A stretch of 64,000 nucleotides of DNA from Chlamydiales bacterium (GCA_965206695.1 CBDBKM010000008.1:96001-160000); one strand, 5' to 3'; counted from the stretch's first letter, positions 42,413 through 53,814 are shown. The notes: generated by a model not told the origin, from the sequence alone. A program made the numbers and translations.

Positions 42413-42608
42413 TTGATTATCATAACACTAAAATTCATAACTTTACCGGCAAAAGATCGTAATCAATTTTTTTCGAATTTGACAAAACGAATTAATCTCT
42501 AGAACCCTCTTTATCTATAAGTCCTTTATCCGGGCTTTTTACATTGAAATAATGCTGCTGTTAGCGTAGCGTAAGAAAAAATGCTGATTTAATATCTTGG
42601 AATTTAAT

Positions 42609-45344
42609 ATGAGAGCTTTTTCATTTTTATTTATTTTATTATCTCAATTTTCTTTTAATATTCTTTATTCAAAACCGATACACGATACTTCTTACCAAGA
42701 AATTCTATTTATTCGTCGTATTACGACCTGTTATCAGGAAAAAGATTACCCTCTTGTCAAAACTCAAATAGAAGCTTTTTTAAATTCCTTTCCCAATAGT
42801 TCCTATCATGAGCAACTATATGTCTTACTAGCGGATGTTTATTTACATGACAATCAAATACAAGAAGCTTTGAGCCTGTATGAGCTTTTAAAAGATCCCT
42901 CTATCCAAAAAGAAGCATTCTTTGAAAAGCTCTATTGCTACCATAAACTCAATGAATATACGGCTCTAAAAAATGAAGTGTTTCCTCTGTTAAAGAAAAT
43001 AGATGACTTTACTGATGATCAATTTATGACATTAACATTTTATTATGCTGAAGCACTTTTAAAGGAATTCCAAAATACTGTTGATATGAATAAGCAAAAA
43101 TCTCTTTTGGAAGAGGCTAAGGATTATTATGAAACGCTTCTATACAGCCCATATAAAAGCAAAACCAAACTTGCCTTAGGTATGATCTATTCTGAATTGA
43201 ATCAAACAGAGTTAGCCGTAAAAACCTACCTTGAACTTGCAAAGATGCTACCTGAAAAAAATGATTTTTTTCTATTTTGTGCTGCAAACCTTCAAGCTGA
43301 ATATGATAGAAATTTAGCACTAAGTACATTGGAAAGTATCTCAGCTAATCAGCATTGGGGCAATGCAGCTAGCTATAACTGGATGCTTTTAGCTTATAGC
43401 TCTAATCAATATGCTAAAATCCTCCATCAAGAAAAAGAATTAGCCGGGCTTATTCCGAAAGATAAACAACCTCATCTCCATTATATTTTGGGGCAAAGTT
43501 ATTTTATATCGAATGAATATGACCTTGCTATTTCGCATTTATCTTCTTTTATTGATTCATCCGGTGGGAACACACAGGAACAGAAGAAGGCTCTTTTTTC
43601 ACTTATGGAAAGTACTTTTAAACAAAATCAGGTTGATTTGTTCTGCCAATATTTTGATGTTTTCGAAGATAGATTTAGTACAAGTGAAGATCATGTGAAA
43701 GCCCTTTACCTGAAGTCTAAATTATATCAAAATGCTAATCAATTTGTAGCCTCTCAACAAATTCTGTCTAAAATTATGTCCCTTTATCCTAATTTCGAGG
43801 AAATGGACACCATCCAATACGAATATGCCTTAAATTGCTACTCTCAGAAATACTGGGGGAAAAGTCACCCTACCTTAAAAAGTTTTATTCGAAATTTCCC
43901 TAAAAACGAACACGTACCGACAGCTATGCGCTATGTTTTAGACTCTACAGAACATATCATTGAAAAAAATGACCTTACACCGGAACTTAGAAAACAACTC
44001 ATCGAAGATATTCAACAAGCACTCACGGTTCATTGTCTTAAAGAGGATGAAAAACCTCTCTTCCTCATTAAGCTTGCACAAGCGCAATATGAAGAAAAAC
44101 AATATACTTATGCTATTGCTACATTGAAAAAATATTTAGATGGTTATGCAGAGAATCCGAATCATTACCAAGCCTACTTACTAACAGCTATTTCTTTTAA
44201 ACAGCTGCATCAAGATCTTAAATTCACCGAATATTTAGAAAAAGCTCTTTTAATGCAGCAAAATGGAGATATCAGTCTTGTGCTATTCGATGCCTATAAA
44301 TATTTTGACGCCTGTGGCAAAGAAGACTGTAATGAAAAAGCCGCGCATTATCTCTATCAGTCTATCCTATTAGGAAAAGACATTAGTAAGACGGGTAAAC
44401 TTTGGTTAGCTAATTTTTATTACCAAAAAGTAGAGGCCTTCTTCGAAGAAAATGGCCTAAATACGATACAAAAGAATACCGATGAATTTGCAGCACGTGC
44501 TCAGAATATGTTTTATAACGCCCTTAACTTATTCGATGAAAAAGACATTGTAAAATTCAAATATGAAATTTTAAAATTAGCTCAACTAAATGAGTGGAAA
44601 AAAGATTATGTGGAAGAAAATAGAATTTTAAATACTTTACTTGCATGCAAAAATTTCGATCCGAATACTAACGATCCTTTTTATACTCAAGTTTTACTCA
44701 ATATTGCCGCATGCCAAGAATCTATGGGTAATAAAGATCGAGCTGTTCAAATCTATCAGCAGATCCTTTCTCCAAAAGTTCTATCTAAACGAGACATTCG
44801 TAATAAAGCTAAATTACAATTAGCCAGAATTCGGTTTGCTGATATAAACAAAGAAGAGATAAGTAATGATAATCCATCCTATCTAAACATTTTAAATACC
44901 TTAAATGACTTAACATTAAGTAGATATTTACCGGATGAACCCATTCATTTAGAAGCTGCTATTGACTATGCCAATATCTCTGCTCTCTCTGTTCCGAAAG
45001 GAGAGCGAGACGAACATTTATTATACTCATTAAAAGCTATTAAGAGCTTCTTTATTTCAAAAGAAGATATCCCTTCCCGACAATATTCGGATATGCGCAA
45101 AGACATGCCAAATAAAGAACATCTATATCAAGCTTTTATGCTTTTAATTGATGCAAGGATTAGCCAATTAGAAGCCCGTTTATGTTTTGAAGCGGGTAAT
45201 ATCGAGGAAGCAAAAGCAAAAGAAAAGCTTGCTAGAAATTTATATAGCAAATTGCATAAGTCCTCTCGAGCTTCGGAATATCTTTTTAAACAGGTCGAAA
45301 ATGAGCTAAATCAATTAAATGAAGTATATACTGCTCGCAGCTGA
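42609..45344 (+). CDS. Large exported TPR-repeat protein; last codons supplied by an IS630 TIR
   Basis: Signal peptide, repeated TPR motifs (FLNSFPNS, FIRNFPKN). Confidence 0.8.
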   Translation: MRAFSFLFILLSQFSFNILYSKPIHDTSYQEILFIRRITTCYQEKDYPLVKTQIEAFLNSFPNSSYHEQLYVLLADVYLHDNQIQEALSLYELLKDPSIQKEAFFEKLYCYHKLNEYTALKNEVFPLLKKIDDFTDDQFMTLTFYYAEALLKEFQNTVDMNKQKSLLEEAKDYYETLLYSPYKSKTKLALGMIYSELNQTELAVKTYLELAKMLPEKNDFFLFCAANLQAEYDRNLALSTLESISANQHWGNAASYNWMLLAYSSNQYAKILHQEKELAGLIPKDKQPHLHYILGQSYFISNEYDLAISHLSSFIDSSGGNTQEQKKALFSLMESTFKQNQVDLFCQYFDVFEDRFSTSEDHVKALYLKSKLYQNANQFVASQQILSKIMSLYPNFEEMDTIQYEYALNCYSQKYWGKSHPTLKSFIRNFPKNEHVPTAMRYVLDSTEHIIEKNDLTPELRKQLIEDIQQALTVHCLKEDEKPLFLIKLAQAQYEEKQYTYAIATLKKYLDGYAENPNHYQAYLLTAISFKQLHQDLKFTEYLEKALLMQQNGDISLVLFDAYKYFDACGKEDCNEKAAHYLYQSILLGKDISKTGKLWLANFYYQKVEAFFEENGLNTIQKNTDEFAARAQNMFYNALNLFDEKDIVKFKYEILKLAQLNEWKKDYVEENRILNTLLACKNFDPNTNDPFYTQVLLNIAACQESMGNKDRAVQIYQQILSPKVLSKRDIRNKAKLQLARIRFADINKEEISNDNPSYLNILNTLNDLTLSRYLPDEPIHLEAAIDYANISALSVPKGERDEHLLYSLKAIKSFFISKEDIPSRQYSDMRKDMPNKEHLYQAFMLLIDARISQLEARLCFEAGNIEEAKAKEKLARNLYSKLHKSSRASEYLFKQVENELNQLNEVYTARS

Positions 45345-46585
45345 ATCAGAGAATTCATCTTGAAGGACAATGAATATGATTAATAATAATTTTTTGAAAA
45401 TTATCGTTAATTCTTTGACCTAATTGCTTTTTCATTTTTGGAATTTCTTCAAAACAGAACGTTCGGATAGCGTCACTGAAATCAATCAATTTCTCGTAGC
45501 ACTTATTGTAAGTTTTTTTCTCCCTCATCACCTTCCGGAACCTCTCTATTGGATTCAAATTGGGTGAATATAGAGGCAAGTAATGGATTGTCATCTTTGA
45601 TGTATAGTATTTTAATTTTTATTTGATAATATGTTATCCTTCTTTTTTTATACAAACAGTAAGGACAAAACAATGCCTAGAGCCTATTCAGTAGATCTTC
45701 GAGAGAAAGTATTACAACATATAGAAAAACATCATGATAAAAAAACAGCCGGCCATATTTTTCAAGTAGGTATCGCAACAATATATCGATGGATCTTGCA
45801 AAAAAAGCAAAAAGGACATTTAAAGCCAATCCGCAGAAAATATGCTTATAAGAAATTAGATGATGAGTTGTTATCTAAATATGTAGAAAAACATCCGGAT
45901 TATTTTTTATCGGAAATTGCTGATTATTTTTCAGTCACTCCGCAAACGATTTTTTATGCCCTTAAAAGATTAAAAATTACACGAAAAAAAAAACTACTCG
46001 CTATAAGGAAAGAGATGAAAAGAAACGGGAAGCTTTTATGAAAGATTTAAAAAATATTCCCTTTGACAAGAGAATTTATCTCGATGAAACCGGGATTCAT
46101 CAATTTTTATTTCGTGAGTCCGGAAGAAGCTTACGCGGCAAAAAAGTTTTTGGAGCGGTTTCAGGAAACCGCTTTATAAGGCAAAATATTATTTCAGCCC
46201 TATCTAAAGGGCAGTTTTTATCTCCAATGTGTTTTGAAGGTACTTGTAATACCGGGTTATTCAATATTTGGCTTAAGGAAGTTTTGACTCCTCAGCTTAC
46301 ACCCGGTAGTGTTCTTATTCTTGACAATGCCGGTTTTCACAAGTCAGCGGAAAGCAGGAAAACAGTAGAATCTGCCGGTTGTAAGCTTATGTTTCTTCCT
46401 CCATATTCTCCGGACTTAAATCCTATAGAAAAATATTGGGCTAATATGAAAAATAAAGTTAGAGAGATATTACGAAAAGTTACGAATTTTAAATTCGCCA
46501 TTGATCAAGCAATCTTATCAATATAAAATTAAATGACTATAATTAATTTTTCAACAAAATTTCTCTGATTCAGCTACGAGCAGTA
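45329..46585 (-). mobile_element. Older IS630-family element, largely deleted, with nested younger IS630
   Basis: TIRs TACTGCTCGCAGCTGAATCAGAGAA / TTCTCTGATTCAGCTACGAGCAGTA with TA flanks; transposase tail LPLYSPNLNPIER at 45355-45594. Confidence 0.8.
45603..46541 (+). mobile_element. IS630-family element, intact (second copy)
   Basis: Same proteins as 25515-26453; A10 slippery run at 45984-45993 links ORF A to ORF B (KKTTRYKERDE). Confidence 0.92.
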
Positions 46586-46681
46586 TATACCTGTATCCAA
46601 AAATCCCCTTGAAGACTGCACGAACACAGTGGACCCGCGAGTGACGGTTACGAAGCAGAGGAACGAAAAGCGCATTAATTA

Positions 46682-46711
46682 TTGACGGCGGTGGCGCTTG
46701 AATGTTATACT
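46682..46711 (+). promoter_or_regulatory. Putative promoter for tnpB
   Basis: TTGACG, 18 nt, extended -10 TGTTATACT. Confidence 0.55.
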
Positions 46712-46733
46712 AGTTGATTAAAATAAAGAGTTT

Positions 46734-47865
46734 ATGATGAAGGCTGTCAAGTTAAGATTCTATCCAACCCTTAAACAGAGGCGGCAATTGGCCTATGAGT
46801 TTGGTTGTTCTAAATTTGTATATAACCGGGCTTTGAATCAAAGAAGCACCTTAATACAAAGAAAAGAAAAAATCGATTAATTGGATTGGTCTTAGTAGAG
46901 AGTTAACACAACTAAAAAAAGAGAAGCTATTCTTAAAAAATGTATCTGCTACAAATTTGTGTAATACCCTTAAGGCTTTGGAATCAGGATTTCAACAGTT
47001 TTTTAAGAAGCAGGGCAAATATCCAAGGATTAAAAAGCGAAAAAGTTCTTGTGTTTACACATTAGATAAACGCCAAGGCACACATATTTTTATCAACGGA
47101 ACCGGATTAAGGCTTCCAAAATTAGGTAGGCTTAGAGTTAATTGGCATGATAATGTGCCTGCATTCCCAAACAGTGCAACGATATCGCAAAACTGCGAGA
47201 ATGAGTAGTATGTATCTTTGCAGGTTGATGTAGACTGTACAAAAGAAGCTCCCAAGACAAATAGTCGTATCGGGCTTGACCTTGGACTAAAGACTTTTGC
47301 CACTGACAGTAACGGGGAAAAACATAAACCTCTCAAAGGTTTAGGAAGATTTTTAAAGAGACTAAAGTATAAATCAAGAAAGCTTTCTAAAAAAATAAAG
47401 TTTTCTGAAAACAGAAGAAAAGCACGCAAAAAATTAGGTAAGCTCCACCGGCGAATAGCCGATAAGAGGCAAGACTACTTGCACAAGTTGAGTACTTCTA
47501 TCGTACGCGAAAACCAAGTAATAGCGCCGGAAGACCTGCATGTGTGTGGCATGATGGCCAATAGTAGATTGAGTCGATCGATCGGGGACGCCGGTTGGAG
47601 CATTTTTAGGAGACAGATCGAGTATAAGTCCAAGTGGTATCGCAGGGATTTGCATATCATAGGGAGATATGAGCCGACAAGTAAGACTTGTCACGCATGC
47701 TCTCATATCAAGAAAGATCTTGTCTTAAGTGTGTGCTCGCGGCAGTGCGAAAAATGTGGAATCGAGCATGACAGAGATATCAATGCTGCAAGAAATATAT
47801 TAATCACCGCAACGAGTACGGGAAGTGCCTGTGGAGCGTCAAACAAGCCGAAAGTAGCCGCTTAG
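46734..47865 (+). pseudogene. tnpB: TnpB RNA-guided nuclease, one frameshift (~46850) and one nonsense codon (47206-47208)
   Basis: MMKAVKLRFYPT...FGCSKFVYNRAL N-terminus; RuvC GLDLG, APEDL, HDRDINAARNI; zinc-finger CxxC pairs. Confidence 0.9.
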
Positions 47866-48019
47866 CGGTAATGATAGGGACGTGTTGAAACAGGAAAAGC
47901 GCAGCGAAGAAACTTACAGGACGCAAGTAGCCGGACGTAGTCAGCGATTCTAAGCGTTAGCCGCCGTCTCGGAAGAGCGATACACTATTAAGCTACAAGA
48001 CCACCGGCTATTTTGTGAT

Positions 48020-49555
48020 ATGTTTTTAAATAATAAACCCAAGTGGCAAGTTTTAGTTCTTTCAGGTTTGATTGCATTTTTTTTACATATATGTGGTCTG
48101 TATCTTTTGCAAGGATTGCATTTTCAATATAAGAATCCACAAAAGATTTCTTTATCTCCATTAGATAAACAAGACTTACAAAATCGATTGCTTGTTAAAC
48201 AAAATAATCAAGAATTGGCTAATATCTTTAGTCGCTTAAATAATCCTTATATATTTGACAATACTAAATACCTTGTTGAAAAAATAGATATCACTTCTCT
48301 TCTAAAACAAATAACTAACACTATTGAAATACCATCGACTATTCTTCAAGATCAACCCGTCATATATCCAATAATTGCATGCGATAAGATCTTTTCGCAT
48401 GCAATAATAGACGATGAAGATGACTACCTTTATTATATAGAAGGATTAAATGACTTAACTTCAAAAGAGTATCCACTGGCCTATCAAGTACATGCACTCG
48501 ATAACCTAACGGATAATTACATTCAGCCTTTAGGAGAAAATTTTGAGATTTTTACGAGCTGTTTGCCCAAACAGGCCGGAGAAGGCTATTATTTTCAAAT
48601 TAGTTTTTCTCCTCAAACAGATCAAATACTTCCCGCATTAAAAAAACATGTATCTTTTCTTATCGACTGCTCAAACGCCTCAAAAGATTACTGCAAAATT
48701 TCCAAAAAGGCTGTGTATCAAGCTATTGCAACTCTACAAGCTACTGATTCTTACTCCATTGCCATTTGTGATGAACGTAATCTATATTGTTCTGAAGCCT
48801 ATTATAAAAATGATAAAAGGAGCCCTGCTTTAACTAAAACTTTTTTAAAGAATCAAAGGCATGGAAGAAAAATCACTTCAAGTAATCTTTTTGCACACTT
48901 AAATAAGATCATTCCCCAACCAATACCTAATGATACAATAACGATTGCCATTTTTCTATTTAACGGAAATATAGATCTTTCGAAAGATGAACAGCGTATG
49001 CAACTTAAAACATGGACGGATGATAATCAGGGTAGACTTTCATTATTTTCTATTACTACAAAAGATAACAAGCATGTTCCGCTGTTAGATCTATTCAGTG
49101 TTTTTAATAAAGGCTCCCTGCTCATCGCCTCAGATATAAAAGATATTGAATCAAAACTTCTTCAATTGATGAACGCAGTCAGCACACCAATACTTAAAGA
49201 TCTATCCATCTCATTAATAACAAACGACAAAGAAGCTTCTATTACCTCCTACCCCTCTTTAAAGTATGCTCCCGATTTTTTTGAAAAAAATGGCTATACT
49301 ATTTTGGGAACCACAAACAAAGCCTGTCAGTTCACTCTCTTTATTCAAGGACAAGGAGATGATGGATGGGTAGATATTAAAAAGACTATTACCTTAAAAG
49401 AAAATATTTCTTCTGTGGTTGATACCTTAGAAAAGTCTGTATCACTTCAACAAGCGTATGCCAAATATGAATCGTTTATTGAAACCGGCAATCAATCAGA
49501 TATACAATCTGTAAAAAATCTCTTAGAACCCATGAATATACCCATAGCTTTTTGA
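48020..49555 (+). CDS. Membrane-anchored vWA-domain protein
   Basis: N-terminal TM, VSFLIDCSNAS degenerate MIDAS-like motif. Confidence 0.65.
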   Translation: MFLNNKPKWQVLVLSGLIAFFLHICGLYLLQGLHFQYKNPQKISLSPLDKQDLQNRLLVKQNNQELANIFSRLNNPYIFDNTKYLVEKIDITSLLKQITNTIEIPSTILQDQPVIYPIIACDKIFSHAIIDDEDDYLYYIEGLNDLTSKEYPLAYQVHALDNLTDNYIQPLGENFEIFTSCLPKQAGEGYYFQISFSPQTDQILPALKKHVSFLIDCSNASKDYCKISKKAVYQAIATLQATDSYSIAICDERNLYCSEAYYKNDKRSPALTKTFLKNQRHGRKITSSNLFAHLNKIIPQPIPNDTITIAIFLFNGNIDLSKDEQRMQLKTWTDDNQGRLSLFSITTKDNKHVPLLDLFSVFNKGSLLIASDIKDIESKLLQLMNAVSTPILKDLSISLITNDKEASITSYPSLKYAPDFFEKNGYTILGTTNKACQFTLFIQGQGDDGWVDIKKTITLKENISSVVDTLEKSVSLQQAYAKYESFIETGNQSDIQSVKNLLEPMNIPIAF

Positions 49556-50137
49556 ATGGCATTACGTATTATAGGTGGGAAATTTAAAAGTCGAAAAATT
49601 GAAGCCCCATCGGCAAGTATTACAAGACCAACTTCAGGTTTACTTAGAGAAACTTTCTTCAATATTGTGAACCCTTATATTCAAGGGGTCGAGTTTCTGG
49701 ACATTTTTGCAGGTTCGGGCGCTATAGGTCTAGAAGCTATTAGCCGAGGAGCAGATAAGGCTATTTTTATTGAAAAAAATAGGTCTTCTGCAAAAATCAT
49801 TAAAAATAATATCGAACTACTAGCTGTTCAAAACCAAACTGAGCTCTATATACTAAATGCACTCTCCGGTTTAAACAAGCTTATAAAACTTAAATCCTCT
49901 TTTGACATTATATTTGCTGATCCTCCTTACGATAAGGCACAGCACTCCTCATTGTTATTAGATATTTTGCAGCTAATTGACACAAGTTTTCTATTAAAAA
50001 AATCAGGGGTCTTATTTTTGGAAACAAATGGATTTGTCCCCAATTATTCTGATAGCTTGCAATCTCTTTTTAGTCATGATAAGAGAAAAATTGGAGATAG
50101 TTTTCTTTTTAAATATCAATTTTTAAAAGAGGTATAG
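49556..50137 (+). CDS. rsmD: 16S rRNA m2G966 methyltransferase
   Basis: LRIIGG, TRPT, DIFAGSG, EAISRGA, DPPY. Confidence 0.93.
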   Translation: MALRIIGGKFKSRKIEAPSASITRPTSGLLRETFFNIVNPYIQGVEFLDIFAGSGAIGLEAISRGADKAIFIEKNRSSAKIIKNNIELLAVQNQTELYILNALSGLNKLIKLKSSFDIIFADPPYDKAQHSSLLLDILQLIDTSFLLKKSGVLFLETNGFVPNYSDSLQSLFSHDKRKIGDSFLFKYQFLKEV

Positions 50138-50143
50138 TTTCAT

Positions 50144-50626
50144 ATGAAAATCGGTTTATATTGTGGCTCTTTTGACCCTCCGACTTTAGGTCATCTCGAT
50201 ATTATCAAACGCAGCTTGAGCTTATGCGATAAGCTGATAATCGGCATAGGTAATAACCCTCAAAAAAAGCATGACTTCGCCCCCGATAAAAGATACGCTC
50301 AACTTTCAAAGATAACCAAAAGCTTTTTAAATGTTGAAGTTGAAATATTTTCAACTCTTGCTATCGATTTTGCAAAAGAAAAAAAAGCTACTTTTCTTAT
50401 TCGAAGTCTAAGAACAATAGTTGATCTGGAAATGGAAAAATCAATGGCTTATATGAATAAAACAATAGGATCCATAGAAACTATCTTCTTGGTGTCAGAT
50501 CCTCGTTATAGCTACATTCATGCGGCTTATATCAAAGAAATTATTAAAGGGGGTAAACGCCTAGACAATCTTATCCCAAAAGAAATCGAAAAAGAAGTTT
50601 TTGACCTCTTACAATCACTTAAATAG
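50144..50626 (+). CDS. coaD: Phosphopantetheine adenylyltransferase
   Basis: GSFDPPTLGHLDII, IRSLR; follows rsmD. Confidence 0.93.
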   Translation: MKIGLYCGSFDPPTLGHLDIIKRSLSLCDKLIIGIGNNPQKKHDFAPDKRYAQLSKITKSFLNVEVEIFSTLAIDFAKEKKATFLIRSLRTIVDLEMEKSMAYMNKTIGSIETIFLVSDPRYSYIHAAYIKEIIKGGKRLDNLIPKEIEKEVFDLLQSLK

Positions 50627-50947
50627 AGAATCAAAGTCATCGTTATCAGATTTTTTTCTAATTTCATCTGCAGCATCTTTACCAAAAAGATTTTTGGCAA
50701 CATCATCTATTGAAGTTTGGTTAGTTTTTATTATCTTAACCGGGATTTGAAATTCTTCACAAAAATTGCCGGCTTCTCTATCTACTATCACATCTATTCC
50801 CGGCATAAGACAATCATTCGGTTTGCCGGGACAATAATTTTGACACCCCTTACAACAATGAAGCCAAGAACCGCAATGATCACAGACAACTCTAAATAAG
50901 AGCTTATCTACTTGTTCCGATAATTGGCTACATTTCCAACAGTACAT
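50615..50947 (-). CDS. Cys-rich zinc-ribbon hypothetical protein
   Basis: CWKC, CDHC, HCCKGCQNY, NFCEEF. Confidence 0.75.
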   Translation of the reverse strand: MYCWKCSQLSEQVDKLLFRVVCDHCGSWLHCCKGCQNYCPGKPNDCLMPGIDVIVDREAGNFCEEFQIPVKIIKTNQTSIDDVAKNLFGKDAADEIRKKSDNDDFDSLFK

Positions 50948-50953
50948 ATATCC

Positions 50954-53593
50954 TTAGCTATAAATACGGTTACCCGATTCATACTTTTGTTTGGTTACAT
51001 GACCTTTTTCATCGTAGGTTTCTTTGATCCCATTCAATAAATCATTCTGATAGATTTGAACCACTTTAGGAGAACCATCTTCATAATATTTATTGAATTT
51101 GCCATTGCGCTTTCCGGCCTTGTATTCCGCTTCAAAAATGACAATTCCATCATCACTGTAATGAATACAATATCCATCTAACTGATCATTTATATATATA
51201 TTTGATTTTGCAAGCCTATTTTCGCTGTGAAAAGTTCTCTCTTCACCTTCTTTTAAATCATCTATATAAAACACCTCTTTGTAGACTGAGCCATTTGGAT
51301 AATATTCTTTCCAAGCTCCATGGCGCTTCCCTTCTTTATATTCTCCGGCCATGATGAGCTTTCCATCCAAAGAAAAAGAAGAAGATACGCCATCTTGAAG
51401 GCCGTTGTGATAATGAAGAGAAGATATCCTTACACCATCAGCACTATATTCAGATACATCGCCTTCTAATTTATCATTCACATAATAAGCTTCTAATGCT
51501 TTAACTTTACCTAAAGCTTCATGCCAAGGATAAAACACTTGATGCAAGCCATTACGTAAATTGTCTTTATATTGATAGATAACCTCTGTTTCATCCTTAC
51601 CCATTTGATAAAATCGACCGACTAACTTACCGTTTTTATATTCAGCTTCTTCAATTAATTGACCGGATTCATTCCATATATTCTTTTGACCATGTAACAC
51701 ACCCGATTTATAAGAAATGACTGCTTTGCATTGACAATTTAAATAAAATATTTCTTGATCACCGTCTAATTTTCCTTCGTTATCATAACGAGCTGTACGT
51801 AATAACTGAAAATCTTCACTGTTGACTTGTTTAGGATAATATTCGATATGTTCTCCAACCGGCATGCCTTCATTATAAGTCCCGATCAAACAAATTTGAC
51901 CATCTTCAAACCAGCCGATAGCCTCTCCATCAATTTTATCATCCCGATAGTTTGCTACGCACTGCTGTTGTCCATTATTAAAAAAAGCTTCTTCTCTTCC
52001 ATCACGCTTACCGGCAGAAAAGTGTGTCTGCTGTTTTAAACTCCCATCAGGATAGTGCATTTCAAGAAGACCACAAGGGAGGTCCTTTTCATAGTTAACC
52101 TCGAAAACCAATGTACCGAATTCATCATATTTTTTCTCCGATCCATGATGCAATCCGTCCTGATATTCAGTCATGCCTTTTAGTACACCACTCTCATACC
52201 ATTCTGAAACCGGACCATTTAATTTTCCATTATCATAGTGCTCTTGTAGCTTCATAACGGCATTTTCATACCACTCGGTCAATACCCCATTTTTTTCACC
52301 TTCTTTCATATTAACATGAAAAGCAGGAAGACCGGTTGGATACCATTCTTCATATAATCCATCTTTCTTTTGATCAACAAAAGTAGCTCGGATCTTTAAT
52401 TGTCCGGAATCATAATATTCTTTTTGCTCACCATCGAAATATCCATTTCTATAAGTATATTCTGATAAAAGCTCCCCATTTGGATACCATTCCGTGTTTG
52501 TTTCCGTATATGTTGCCAAATCTTGAGTATAACAGAGTTTGTTAACTCCATTTTCATAGGATTCCTCAAGAGCGCCTATTAACTCTCCATTCTTGTCATA
52601 TTTAGCTTTACGAGCTATCTGACCATTCGGATAGTATAAACTATGATCTCCTAATGAAATGTTATCAATCCATTCACCTCCACCAAGTGATTTTCCGGAT
52701 TCTGAGAAAAATTCTTCTTTACCTTGTTTTTCCCCTAATAGATAATTCACTCGATAGCTTTCTGTTCCATTTGAATGATATTTGACATGCATGCCAACAG
52801 GTAACCCTTCAGAAAAATCCTGCATTTCTATAACTGTTTGTATGTCATCATAGATAACGACTGCAGGATTCGAGCCATCTCCATGTAGTATTCCTTTTTG
52901 ATAACTCTTCGTTGATTTTAAGATTCCATTTTCATACCACTCTTTTGAAATGCCTATAAGGGCTCCTGCATCATAATGATGTAGGGCTGAACAATTTCCA
53001 TTGTCATGAAAATACTTATATTCACCTACTAATTGATCATCTTTATAATAAGCTTCCTCTTGTTTCTCTCCGCTTTGAAAAAAGGACTCAGCCTTACCGT
53101 AGCGTTTGCCTTGTTTCATTGTCAGCAATAGATGTATTTTTCCATCAGGGTACAGTACTTTAGCTTCGCCATGTAACTGCCCTTTAGTATAATTTAGAAT
53201 CTTTTCAATACTACCACTTTCAAAGTAACCGAGACTCAATCCATGCAAGACAACTTGAGGTTCTTCTTGTTCTACATCAAGACTTTCATTTTTTTCTAAA
53301 ACCATTAAGTCTTCTTCACTACGTATTTGCCCTTGTGGGTAAAACTCCGCTTTTTTTACAGGAACATCCGCACCACTAATAACCGGTTCATAGAAAATAG
53401 CGACTTCAGTATTGCCATCAGGATAATAACTAATCACTTGCGGTATCCAATTTGGTTGGCGCATTTTCGGCATAACCGCAGCTGGCGTTATCTCTTCAAA
53501 CTCTATTTGTGAAGAAGAAGGTTCTGCATCAGCAAAAACAATTGAACCTAAAGAAATTATAGAAAATATAAATAAAGTGATTACTTTTTTCAT
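50954..53593 (-). CDS. Exported MORN-variant (YwqK-like) repeat protein
   Basis: Signal peptide plus many Y..G...G....YY.NG repeats. Confidence 0.85.
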   Translation of the reverse strand: MKKVITLFIFSIISLGSIVFADAEPSSSQIEFEEITPAAVMPKMRQPNWIPQVISYYPDGNTEVAIFYEPVISGADVPVKKAEFYPQGQIRSEEDLMVLEKNESLDVEQEEPQVVLHGLSLGYFESGSIEKILNYTKGQLHGEAKVLYPDGKIHLLLTMKQGKRYGKAESFFQSGEKQEEAYYKDDQLVGEYKYFHDNGNCSALHHYDAGALIGISKEWYENGILKSTKSYQKGILHGDGSNPAVVIYDDIQTVIEMQDFSEGLPVGMHVKYHSNGTESYRVNYLLGEKQGKEEFFSESGKSLGGGEWIDNISLGDHSLYYPNGQIARKAKYDKNGELIGALEESYENGVNKLCYTQDLATYTETNTEWYPNGELLSEYTYRNGYFDGEQKEYYDSGQLKIRATFVDQKKDGLYEEWYPTGLPAFHVNMKEGEKNGVLTEWYENAVMKLQEHYDNGKLNGPVSEWYESGVLKGMTEYQDGLHHGSEKKYDEFGTLVFEVNYEKDLPCGLLEMHYPDGSLKQQTHFSAGKRDGREEAFFNNGQQQCVANYRDDKIDGEAIGWFEDGQICLIGTYNEGMPVGEHIEYYPKQVNSEDFQLLRTARYDNEGKLDGDQEIFYLNCQCKAVISYKSGVLHGQKNIWNESGQLIEEAEYKNGKLVGRFYQMGKDETEVIYQYKDNLRNGLHQVFYPWHEALGKVKALEAYYVNDKLEGDVSEYSADGVRISSLHYHNGLQDGVSSSFSLDGKLIMAGEYKEGKRHGAWKEYYPNGSVYKEVFYIDDLKEGEERTFHSENRLAKSNIYINDQLDGYCIHYSDDGIVIFEAEYKAGKRNGKFNKYYEDGSPKVVQIYQNDLLNGIKETYDEKGHVTKQKYESGNRIYS

Positions 53594-53814
53594 GTCTCGC
53601 TAGCTCCGGAAAATATATTGTAAATTTTGACAAGTTAACATAACGTCTCCTTTTTCTCAATATCACTTAGTCGAAAAAACTCTATTTTTATACTCAAAAT
53701 TTATTTTTTTTTAAACCTCTCTTAAAATAGACAAAAAAAAAATAATAGTGTAGACATAGTCATGTTTTTTTAAAAAAATCAATTCGGTTAACTTTCTAAT
53801 CTTAGGAGAGAATT

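Noticed and set aside
46586..46683. GC-rich segment as 6S or another ncRNA, or a Rickettsia-like palindromic element split by tnpB
   Set aside because: Terminal complementarity with 47969-47982 is weak and no family could be recognised
46734..47865. Cas12f/type V CRISPR effector
   Set aside because: No repeat-spacer array nearby; size and N-terminus fit TnpB; the gene is disrupted
50954..53593. YwqK antitoxin of a toxin-antitoxin pair
   Set aside because: 879-aa exported repeat protein with no adjacent toxin; the label would only reflect MORN-type repeats
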